Positions 8,104 through 15,417 of a DNA stretch of 20,000 nucleotides are shown here, piece after piece (position 1 is the first letter of the stretch; each line of letters opens with the position of its first letter). Made by a program: the position numbers and the translations under genes. The notes beneath the pieces were generated by a model, which saw nothing but the letters and a program-made list of their open reading frames with translations, ran no database searches and was not told the DNA's origin. The DNA is from an uncultured virus (IMG/VR IMGVR_UViG_3300008108_007691) (Duplodnaviria; Heunggongvirae; Uroviricota; Caudoviricetes): IMG/VR virus record IMGVR_UViG_3300008108_007691, positions 52,305-72,304 of that record; one strand, written 5' to 3'.

Positions 8104-8328
8104 ATGATACCACAATTTAACGATAATAATAATATTGATGAGAATTTTCAAAAATTAAAATTCTTAATTCAACAAACTGAACAAGATTTATATAAATTTA
8201 TTGGACCTACTAGAAACAGAAAAGCTGGAAGAAGGGCAAGAAAAAAACTAATTAGATTAAAAGAATTAGCTCACAAAGTAAGTATTGGGATTATGCATCA
8301 AGGTCAAGAATTTGATTCTGAATATTAA
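8104..8328 (+). CDS. Histone H1-like / Hc1-family small basic protein
   Basis: A 74-aa helical protein. DLYKF...NRKAGRRARKKL..LKELA resembles the GNKAAG.RARK core of the Hc1-like histone H1 family of Bacteroidota and Chlamydia. Confidence 0.7.
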   Translation: MIPQFNDNNNIDENFQKLKFLIQQTEQDLYKFIGPTRNRKAGRRARKKLIRLKELAHKVSIGIMHQGQEFDSEY

Positions 8329-8379
8329 TTTACTTTGTTATTTTATTTTCATATTTTTATTTTATAAAATATAGAAAAA

Positions 8380-8679
8380 ATGTCTGATAACAATTTTATT
8401 AGCAAGTCTAATCTTATTCCGCAAGAAGAAAATAACAATAGAGAAAACAATGATGAACCTTCAACCTATTTATGCATAGGTAATGAACAAGATGGTCAAC
8501 TAGAGATTGATCTTGTTCAATTCAGGGAAAAAAATGTTTCTATGAGATATTTGTCTTTAACATTTAGTGGTGTTAATCATAAAACCGGTCAAATACAAAG
8601 TGCATTCATAAACATAGATAATGAGGAAGCCTTTGAAACAATAAAGAATTTTTTTAATCAACTTGACTGGAATAGTTAA
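8380..8679 (+). CDS. Hypothetical protein (99 aa, acidic)
   Basis: ORF with an A-rich leader (gaaaaaATG), co-oriented in the gene run; no recognised motif. Confidence 0.7.
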   Translation: MSDNNFISKSNLIPQEENNNRENNDEPSTYLCIGNEQDGQLEIDLVQFREKNVSMRYLSLTFSGVNHKTGQIQSAFINIDNEEAFETIKNFFNQLDWNS

Positions 8680-8690
8680 TTATTTTTTTT

Positions 8691-9527
8691 ATGAAATTAG
8701 TAAAGAAAATTACCTATAATAGAGTAATGCAATTACCTCAACACAAAAAGGTAATTACGATTTTTGATAAATTCAAAGAAGATCAAAATATTGATAAACA
8801 TAACTCTATAAAAAGAACTAAAGATGCTTCTAAATTAAATTATTTTTTCGTCTTAGAATATGATAATATTTTAAAAAAAAAATTTAATTTCAACAACATT
8901 TTGGATAAAAAATCCGGCAAAAAAAATGATGTTATAAATATAGAAAAACTAATTGAAGAGAAAGATAAAGTAGAGAAATACATTAAAGATAAAAAAGAAA
9001 ATGAACCTAAATGTTTTTCTAAACTTGGTTTATTGAATGATGTTACAGGATGTTTTTTGATTGGCACAAATAAAAAAAATGTTAATCACGTCAAAGACTT
9101 GGATTTAAAAAGTAAGAATAATTTAATTGTAGTAAAATTAGATTATAAAAATCTTCCAAAAGAAATAGAAGAATTATGTAATGACTTTTATAAAAAAACC
9201 CAAGAACAATTAAAAAAAGAAAAAGAGGAATTTGAGAAATTTTCTCAATTAAATAACGAACAGCAAGATATTTTTATAAATAATATTTTAAATAATATTA
9301 ATTCTCCATCTTTTATTATTATAGATGGTTTTAATTTAAATCTTGAAAAAGATTATTTTAAAAATTCTGGATTTACCTTTTATGATGGTTTTTCAGAACA
9401 GAATCTACAGAATATCAATAACATAGAATTTTTAGAAGCTTTAAAAATAAATGCTGAAGAAAAGGAGCAATATGAATTCTGTGCAAAAATTCGTGACCGT
9501 TTAAATGAAATTAAAAGCAAAATGTAA
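8691..9527 (+). CDS. Hypothetical protein with a C-terminal UVR (UvrB/UvrC coiled-coil) motif
   Basis: The C-terminus LEALKINAEEKEQYEFCAKIRDRLNEI fits the UVR pattern (L..A...E.YE.AA.IRD.I). The rest is unrecognised. Confidence 0.65.
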   Translation: MKLVKKITYNRVMQLPQHKKVITIFDKFKEDQNIDKHNSIKRTKDASKLNYFFVLEYDNILKKKFNFNNILDKKSGKKNDVINIEKLIEEKDKVEKYIKDKKENEPKCFSKLGLLNDVTGCFLIGTNKKNVNHVKDLDLKSKNNLIVVKLDYKNLPKEIEELCNDFYKKTQEQLKKEKEEFEKFSQLNNEQQDIFINNILNNINSPSFIIIDGFNLNLEKDYFKNSGFTFYDGFSEQNLQNINNIEFLEALKINAEEKEQYEFCAKIRDRLNEIKSKM

Positions 9528-9585
9528 TTTGTAACTTTTTTTTTATAATTTCGTTTTAATTAACCACAAAAAACAAATTATAAAC

Positions 9586-10443
9586 ATGAGAAGCCTAAAG
9601 ATTACAGCAACCATCACGGATAGAACTTTTATAATTGATAAATATTTCAATGATGTTTCTTTAATTCCGATGATTGATCAACAAAAGGAAGTTGAATTAG
9701 CTCAAAAAATTAGAACCGGAGATAAAAACGCAGAAAATGAATTGGTAAAAGCCAATTTAAGATTTGTTATTTCATGTGCAAAAAAATATCAGAATCGTGG
9801 TTTGTCATTAGAGGAACTGATAGCAGAAGGAAATGTTGGTTTAATAAAAGCAGCTCAAAGATTTGATGAAACTAGAGGTTTCAAATTTATTTCTTATGCT
9901 GTAGCTTGGGTAAGACAATCAATACTAGAAGCAATTGCTAAACATGGACAATTAGTTAGATTACCTCAAAATAAAATCCAACAACAAAATCATTTAAAAG
10001 ATTTAATAAATAAAAAGAAATTAGAGAATAATGGTTATTTCTCTATAGATGAAGTTTGTAAAGAATTAAATATTGATCATAAAACATTCGATATTTTATA
10101 CGTCGGAAACAAGACTTCTTCTTTAGATACAAAATTAACACCTGATTGCGAAACCACTTTATTAGATGTACTCAATCAAGATGTTTTGAATATTGAAGAT
10201 TACGTTGCAGGTAATTATAGAAAAAAACAGATTGAATTAGCTTTTTCTTGTCTTTCAGAAATGGAAAAGGAGGTAATAAAACTCAGTTATGGATTAAATG
10301 ATAAAAATCTGGAATTAACAAACACTGAAATTGCACACAAACTTGAATTTTCTTCGGAAAGGATCAGGCAAATTAAAGATAAAGCAATCAGAAAATTGAG
10401 AGGTTTCATGAAAAGAAATTTGGGTTCAGAACTTCGTTTTTAA
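9586..10443 (+). CDS. RpoD/SigA-family sigma-70 factor, Bacteroidota type, divergent copy 1
   Basis: MRSLKITATITDR N-terminus; region 2 LVKANLRFVISCAKKYQNRG, LIAEGNVGLIKAAQRFDETRGFKFISYAVAWVRQSI; region 4 EIAHKLEFSSERIRQIKDKAIRKL. There is no region 1.1. Confidence 0.93.
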   Translation: MRSLKITATITDRTFIIDKYFNDVSLIPMIDQQKEVELAQKIRTGDKNAENELVKANLRFVISCAKKYQNRGLSLEELIAEGNVGLIKAAQRFDETRGFKFISYAVAWVRQSILEAIAKHGQLVRLPQNKIQQQNHLKDLINKKKLENNGYFSIDEVCKELNIDHKTFDILYVGNKTSSLDTKLTPDCETTLLDVLNQDVLNIEDYVAGNYRKKQIELAFSCLSEMEKEVIKLSYGLNDKNLELTNTEIAHKLEFSSERIRQIKDKAIRKLRGFMKRNLGSELRF

Positions 10444-10477
10444 TAAAAATTATAAAAAATTATAAAAAATTAGAAAA
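10441..10477 (+). repeat. 10-bp tandem repeat (TATAAAAAAT) forming phased A-tracts
   Basis: taataaaaat tataaaaaat tataaaaaat tagaaaa: two exact and two degenerate units directly upstream of the -33 element. Confidence 0.75.
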
Positions 10478-10480
10478 GTG

Positions 10481-10511
10481 TTGTCTTTATAGTTCATATT
10501 TCTTATATTTG
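10481..10511 (+). promoter_or_regulatory. Bacteroidota primary-sigma-type promoter (-33 TTG, -7 TAnnTTTG) for sigma copy 2
   Basis: TTG (10481-10483), a 20-nt spacer, then TATATTTG (10504-10511). This matches the established Bacteroides/Flavobacterium consensus and spacing, and it is intergenic. Confidence 0.75.
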
Positions 10512-10548
10512 TGAGATTACTTTTATCTATAGTAAAATCACAAACAAA

Positions 10549-11412
10549 ATGAGACAACTAAAAATCACTAAATCAATCACAAAGAGAGAGAGTCAATCAT
10601 TAGATTATTATTTCTCAGAAGTATCAAAAATCAAACTACTAACAGAAGAAGAAGAATATAATTTATTAGAGAGAATAGCAAACGGAGATAAAGCTGCACT
10701 AAATGAAATTGTGAAAGCTAATCTCCGTTTTGTTGTTTCTGTAGCTAAGCAATTTCAAAACCAAGGTATGAGCTTGGAAGATTTGATTTCTGATGGAAAT
10801 TTGGGTTTAATTAAAGCAGCCGAGAGATTTGACAATTCTAGAGGATTTAAATTTATTTCTTACGCAGTTTGGTGGATTCGTCAATCAATCATGCAATCAA
10901 TTTCTGATAACGGCAAATTAATTCGTCTACCAAATAATCAAAATTTGGCAATAAATAAAATTAATAGAACTGCACAGCAATTAGAAATAAAACTTGAAAG
11001 AGAACCCACTGAACAGGAAATTGCTCAAGTCCTTGAAGAAACAGAAATTAAAATTAAAGATACTATGCTAAGTAACACTGGAAAGGTTGCTTCTTTGGAT
11101 AGTCCTGTTTCTGACAGTGAGGATATGGTTTTAAGTGATTGTTTGATCAACAAAGAAATAACATCACCGGATGAAAAATTAATTAATGAATCTTTTTGCG
11201 ATGATTTAGAGAAAATTTTGAAAAGTCTCCAACCCCGTCAAAGAGTTATAGTTTGTATGTATTATGGAATTTTGGGTTACCAAACTATGACTCTAGAAGA
11301 AATAGGTGACTATTTGGATTTAACAAGAGAAAGAGTTCGTCAAATTAAAGATATGACTATCAGAGTATTAAAATGTAACAAGAATAGCAAAGTTTTACGT
11401 CAACACATATAG
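10549..11412 (+). CDS. rpoD: RpoD/SigA-family sigma-70 factor, Bacteroidota type, host-like copy 2
   Basis: MRQLKITKSITKRESQSLD is the typical N-terminus of the short Bacteroidota primary sigma. The conserved motifs ANLRFVVSVAKQFQNQG, FKFISYAVWWIRQSI, EREPT, SLDSP and MTLEEIG...LTRERVRQIK are all intact. Confidence 0.95.
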   Translation: MRQLKITKSITKRESQSLDYYFSEVSKIKLLTEEEEYNLLERIANGDKAALNEIVKANLRFVVSVAKQFQNQGMSLEDLISDGNLGLIKAAERFDNSRGFKFISYAVWWIRQSIMQSISDNGKLIRLPNNQNLAINKINRTAQQLEIKLEREPTEQEIAQVLEETEIKIKDTMLSNTGKVASLDSPVSDSEDMVLSDCLINKEITSPDEKLINESFCDDLEKILKSLQPRQRVIVCMYYGILGYQTMTLEEIGDYLDLTRERVRQIKDMTIRVLKCNKNSKVLRQHI

Positions 11413-11414
11413 AA

Positions 11415-11774
11415 ATGGCAAAAAATAAAATAACATACATGAAGTTACTGGAAAATATTAAATTAATGGATGGTACAGTAATAGATAAAGGTAGTTCTGT
11501 AAGAATGAACTTTAAAGAGGGTCCACATTTAAATGTTGAAATTAATGAAGGTCAAAATGTAAAAAAAATATTTTGGATTACACAAGATCAGGCTAAAAAT
11601 TCTATTACAAAAAATCAAGTTTGGACAAAAAAGAATTTTGATGATCATAATAAAGATTTAAAGGAAACTTGGTTTGAATCTGATTTAAAAGACAATAAAA
11701 AAATTATTATTGATACTGTTACAGTTGAAATTGAAAATAAAAAAAAGAGGGGTAGGCCAAAAAAAATAAAATAA
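11415..11774 (+). CDS. Hypothetical protein with a C-terminal AT-hook-like motif
   Basis: A 119-aa ORF starting 2 nt after the sigma-2 stop and ending KKKRGRPKKIK. Confidence 0.7.
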   Translation: MAKNKITYMKLLENIKLMDGTVIDKGSSVRMNFKEGPHLNVEINEGQNVKKIFWITQDQAKNSITKNQVWTKKNFDDHNKDLKETWFESDLKDNKKIIIDTVTVEIENKKKRGRPKKIK

Positions 11775-11780
11775 TTTATT

Positions 11781-14111
11781 ATGGGAAAAAAATTAGTAAT
11801 ATGTGAAAGTCCGGGTAAGATCAAGAAAATTCAATCTTATCTTGGAAAAGATTATATAGTCAAAGCTAGTATAGGTCACATTAGAGAATTAAAAAAAGGT
11901 AAAGAAGGAATTGATAAAAAAAATGATTTTGAACCTTCATATGTGGTTTCTACTGACAAAAAAGATGTTGTTAAAGAATTAAAAGATTTAGCAAAAAAAT
12001 GTGATGAAGTTATTTTAGCAGGTGACTACGATTTAGAAGGAGAAGCAATTTCTTGGCATGTTGCAGAGGTTCTTGGCTTAAACGTAAAAAAAACCAAAAG
12101 AATTATTTTTAAAGAGATCACCGAAAAAGCTATTAATGAAGCTATAAATAATCCTACAACACTTAATATGAATATGGTCAATGCTCAACAAGCAAGGAGG
12201 GTGTTGGACCGTTTAGTGGGGTTTGATTTATCGCCATTGCTTTGGAAAAAAATAAAATTAGGTTTATCTGCAGGAAGGGTTCAAAGTGTTGCATTAAGAA
12301 TTCTTGTAGAAAGAGAAAAAGAACATAAATCATTTGATTCTACTTCTGATTATAAAGTTGTAGCAATTTTTTCAATTGACAAAGGTGGTAAAAAACAGAA
12401 AATAAAAGCTGTACTAAATAAAAGATTCAAAAATTTTGAAGAGACTGAAAAATTCTTAAATAAATTAGTTGGTTCAGAATTCAGTGTAAGCTCGATTGAA
12501 ACTAAACCCGGAAAAAGAAGTTCTCCAGCACCATTTACAACTTCAAGTTTACAACAAGAAGCATCAAAAAAATTTGGATTTAGTGTAGACAGAACAATGA
12601 GAACTGCTCAAAATCTTTATGAGCAAGGTCATATATCTTATCATCGTACAGACAGTGTAAATTTATCAGAGGAATCTGTTCAGGCAGCAACTCAATTTAT
12701 AGTTGAAAAGTATGGTAATAAATTTTCTAATCCTAAAAAATTTAAGAATAAAAACGCCAGTGCTCAAGAGGCCCACGAAGCAATAAGGCCAACTCATTTT
12801 GAACATGAAGAAGTAGTTTCTGGACAAGATGAAATGAAACTTTATGGTTTAATTTGGAGGAGAGCAGTGGCTTCTCAGATGTCAGATGCTTTATTGGATA
12901 AAACCACTATTGAAATTGAAAGTTCCAAAGGTGGTAAAAAAGATTTATTTGTTGCAAAAGGCGAAGTAATAACATTTGACGGTTTTTTAAAGGTATATAG
13001 TAATGAAGATGCTGAAGAAGAAGAAAATCAAGATGATCAAGATGAAAATGGAACTTTACCGAAGATGGAGAAAGGTCAAATTCTTGATTATGAACAAATT
13101 GATGGGTTAGAAATTTATACTAAACCAGCAGCTAGATACAATGAAGCTTCATTAGTAAAAAAATTAGAAGAACTTGGAATAGGAAGACCTTCTACATATG
13201 CATCAATTTTATCAACTATTCAAAAAAGAGAATATGTTGAGAAAAAAGACCTGCCTGCTAAATCAAGAAAAGTAAAAAATATCAGTCTAAAAAATGATAA
13301 ATTATCCACTAATGAATTAGATGAAAAATTTGGTGCAGAAAAAGCTAAAATGATTCCTACTGAAATTGGAATTGTAGTTTGTGATTATCTAACAGATAAT
13401 TTTCCAGATATTATGGATTATAAATTTACTGCTGGAATAGAAAATCAACTAGATGAAATTTCAGATGGTAATAAAGAATGGAAAATAATGCTTAAAGATT
13501 TTTATTCTCCTTTTGATAAAAAGGTTAAATCTGCTCTTGGTGAAATCGGAACATCAAATGAAAGATTAATTGGTGTTGATAAATCTACAAAGAAAAATGT
13601 TTATTCTCGATTTGGAAGATTTGGACCTATGGTACAACTTGGAGAAAAAGGAGATGAAGATTTAAAATATGCATCTATACCAAAAGACAAAGAAGTTGGT
13701 AGTATAACTCTTGAAGAAGCATTGGAACTTTTAAAATGGCCTAGAAACCTAGGAGAATATAAATCAAAACCTGTTCAAGTAGCGATTGGTAAATTTGGAC
13801 CGTATGTAAAATATGATGGTAAGTTTATTGGATTGTCAAATACAGAATATGATCCTGAAAAAATAAATCTAAAGGAAGCTTCAGAATTAATAAAGGAAAA
13901 TTCAAGTAATGAAAAATCGGGATCTACAAAAGAATTTGGTGATATAAAAGTATTGAATGGTCAATATGGACCATACATTAAATTTAAAAATAAAAATTAT
14001 AAGATTCCGGCTATTTATGATATAGAAACTATCACTAAAAAAGATTGTGAAGAAATAATCGGAGAGGGTAAAAGTTCATCAAAATCAAAAAAATACGCTA
14101 AGAAAAAATGA
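11781..14111 (+). CDS. topA: DNA topoisomerase I (type IA) with C-terminal Toprim_C-type repeats
   Basis: LVICESPGK, ASIGHIREL, TOPRIM acidic motif DYDLEGE, ARRVLDRLVG, SAGRVQS, catalytic SYHRTD (Tyr at 12639-12641), AQEAHEAIRPT and GIGRPSTY. There are three G(R/K/Q)(F/Y)GP(M/Y) C-terminal repeats and no zinc ribbons. Confidence 0.97.
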   Translation: MGKKLVICESPGKIKKIQSYLGKDYIVKASIGHIRELKKGKEGIDKKNDFEPSYVVSTDKKDVVKELKDLAKKCDEVILAGDYDLEGEAISWHVAEVLGLNVKKTKRIIFKEITEKAINEAINNPTTLNMNMVNAQQARRVLDRLVGFDLSPLLWKKIKLGLSAGRVQSVALRILVEREKEHKSFDSTSDYKVVAIFSIDKGGKKQKIKAVLNKRFKNFEETEKFLNKLVGSEFSVSSIETKPGKRSSPAPFTTSSLQQEASKKFGFSVDRTMRTAQNLYEQGHISYHRTDSVNLSEESVQAATQFIVEKYGNKFSNPKKFKNKNASAQEAHEAIRPTHFEHEEVVSGQDEMKLYGLIWRRAVASQMSDALLDKTTIEIESSKGGKKDLFVAKGEVITFDGFLKVYSNEDAEEEENQDDQDENGTLPKMEKGQILDYEQIDGLEIYTKPAARYNEASLVKKLEELGIGRPSTYASILSTIQKREYVEKKDLPAKSRKVKNISLKNDKLSTNELDEKFGAEKAKMIPTEIGIVVCDYLTDNFPDIMDYKFTAGIENQLDEISDGNKEWKIMLKDFYSPFDKKVKSALGEIGTSNERLIGVDKSTKKNVYSRFGRFGPMVQLGEKGDEDLKYASIPKDKEVGSITLEEALELLKWPRNLGEYKSKPVQVAIGKFGPYVKYDGKFIGLSNTEYDPEKINLKEASELIKENSSNEKSGSTKEFGDIKVLNGQYGPYIKFKNKNYKIPAIYDIETITKKDCEEIIGEGKSSSKSKKYAKKK

Positions 14112-14509
14112 TTGAATTCAATAAACCTTTTTGGCAAGAGATAAAAATTGAAGAACTAAAAAATAATGATATCATTTATTTATGGTATGATGGAAAGGGT
14201 TCTTATGAACATTTTATTATTATTAACAATAAATGGTTCAATATTTTTGAGGATAGATTTATAGATTACTTCAAACTAGACGATAATTATCCTTATAAGA
14301 TCTACAGACAAAACTATAGATTTATTACAAAACCAAACGAATGGTTTGATCAAGGTACAGAGGCTTATTTAGAATCGTATCCTGACGGAAATATTAAAAC
14401 TGGATATTATGCTTTTTTCAGAGGTTGGATTACCGACAAAAATACTGGAAATTTCGGAGAGGATGGAGAAAGTTGTCTTCTTGATGAATTTGATATAACT
14501 GAGATTTAA
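14108..14509 (+). CDS. Hypothetical protein (133 aa, aromatic/acidic)
   Basis: ATGA overlap with the topA stop suggests translational coupling; no recognised family. Confidence 0.7.
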   Translation: MIEFNKPFWQEIKIEELKNNDIIYLWYDGKGSYEHFIIINNKWFNIFEDRFIDYFKLDDNYPYKIYRQNYRFITKPNEWFDQGTEAYLESYPDGNIKTGYYAFFRGWITDKNTGNFGEDGESCLLDEFDITEI

Positions 14510-14520
14510 TTTTTTTTTAT

Positions 14521-14528
14521 TATATTTG
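14521..14528 (+). promoter_or_regulatory. Bacteroidota-type -7 element TATATTTG upstream of the exonuclease gene
   Basis: Exact TAnnTTTG in the 30-nt intergenic gap, identical to the octamer at 10504. There is no good TTG at the canonical -33 spacing (CTG instead). Confidence 0.5.
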
Positions 14529-14539
14529 CTTGGATAAAA

Positions 14540-15376
14540 ATGGCAAATATGAAATTAAATTTAGAAAAAGACCTTATTTGTTTTGACATTGAATCTACGG
14601 GATTAAGTGTTAAAAACGACAGAATTGTTCAGTTGGCAATAATCAAAATTTTTGCTGATGGCAGGGAAAAATTAGTCAAATCTAGATTAGTGAATCCCGA
14701 AATTCCGATTCCAAAACAAGCCAGTGATGTCCATCACATTACTGACGATATGGTCAAAGACCAACCCACATTCGATAGAATTGCTAAATCCTTGTTTGAT
14801 CTAATAGGAGATTCTGATTTTTGCACCTTTAACGGCAATAGATTTGATATTCCTATGTTAATGGAGGAATTTGCTAGGGCAGGTTTTGAATTGGATATGT
14901 CTGATAGAAGGTGTGTAGATGTAAAAAGAATTTACCACAGAATGGAAAGACGTGATTTAAAGGCTGCATATCAATTTTATTGTAAAAAGAACCTAGAAGG
15001 TGCCCACGATGCTTTAAATGACGTAAAAGCCACCGTAGAGGTATTAGAATCAATGTTAGATCATTATTCTGGAATTGATTGTGTTGAAAAGGATGATAGT
15101 GTCATTAGTGAACCAGTTATTAACGATGTTCAAGCTTTATCTGATTTTACAAAAGATTTTGATAGTGTAGATTTTGCTGGAACAATTAAATTAAATACTG
15201 ACAATATTCCTGTATTTGGATTTGGCAAATATCAAGGTCAATCAGTAACATTAGTTCTTGAAAAAGATAAATCTTATTATGATTGGATTATGACCAAGGG
15301 TGAGTTCACAACCCAAACTCGTAAAATAATAGTTGATTTAATGGTAGAACACAGAAAGAAGTATAACCTACAATAA
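14540..15376 (+). CDS. DEDDh 3'-5' exonuclease (DNA polymerase III epsilon / DnaQ-like)
   Basis: ExoI CFDIESTG, ExoII FNGNRFDIPML and ExoIII AHDALNDV. The C-terminal FGFGKYQG...YYDW domain is as in Bacteroidota epsilon-like exonucleases. Confidence 0.92.
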   Translation: MANMKLNLEKDLICFDIESTGLSVKNDRIVQLAIIKIFADGREKLVKSRLVNPEIPIPKQASDVHHITDDMVKDQPTFDRIAKSLFDLIGDSDFCTFNGNRFDIPMLMEEFARAGFELDMSDRRCVDVKRIYHRMERRDLKAAYQFYCKKNLEGAHDALNDVKATVEVLESMLDHYSGIDCVEKDDSVISEPVINDVQALSDFTKDFDSVDFAGTIKLNTDNIPVFGFGKYQGQSVTLVLEKDKSYYDWIMTKGEFTTQTRKIIVDLMVEHRKKYNLQ

Positions 15377-15405
15377 AAAAACCCCCAATTAGGGGGTTTA
15401 TTTTT
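15374..15405. terminator. Bidirectional rho-independent terminator between convergent gene blocks
   Basis: AAACCCCC (15379-15386), loop AATTA, GGGGGTTT (15392-15399), flanked by an A-run on the left and TTTATTTTT on the right. Confidence 0.9.
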
Positions 15406-15417
15406 AAAAAAAACTTT

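Noticed and set aside
7582..8151. 189-aa antisense ORF rich in Pro/Ser/Ala
   Set aside because: It is the shadow of the GC-richer low-complexity portal tail, which lacks stops on the opposite strand; there is no independent coding signal.
12639..12653. Reverse gyrase call from the YHRTD motif
   Set aside because: There is no N-terminal SF2 helicase-like domain; the size and C-terminal repeats are those of ordinary TopA.
9586..15376. Interpretation as a bacterial chromosome segment or prophage flank (rpoD, topA, dnaQ-like)
   Set aside because: The genes are interleaved with phage-type hypotheticals, have similar AT-rich composition, are contiguous with terminase and portal, and no integrase or att-like boundary is visible. 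Duplicated divergent rpoD next to topA is not a cellular arrangement I recognise. Chimerism cannot be fully excluded without reads.
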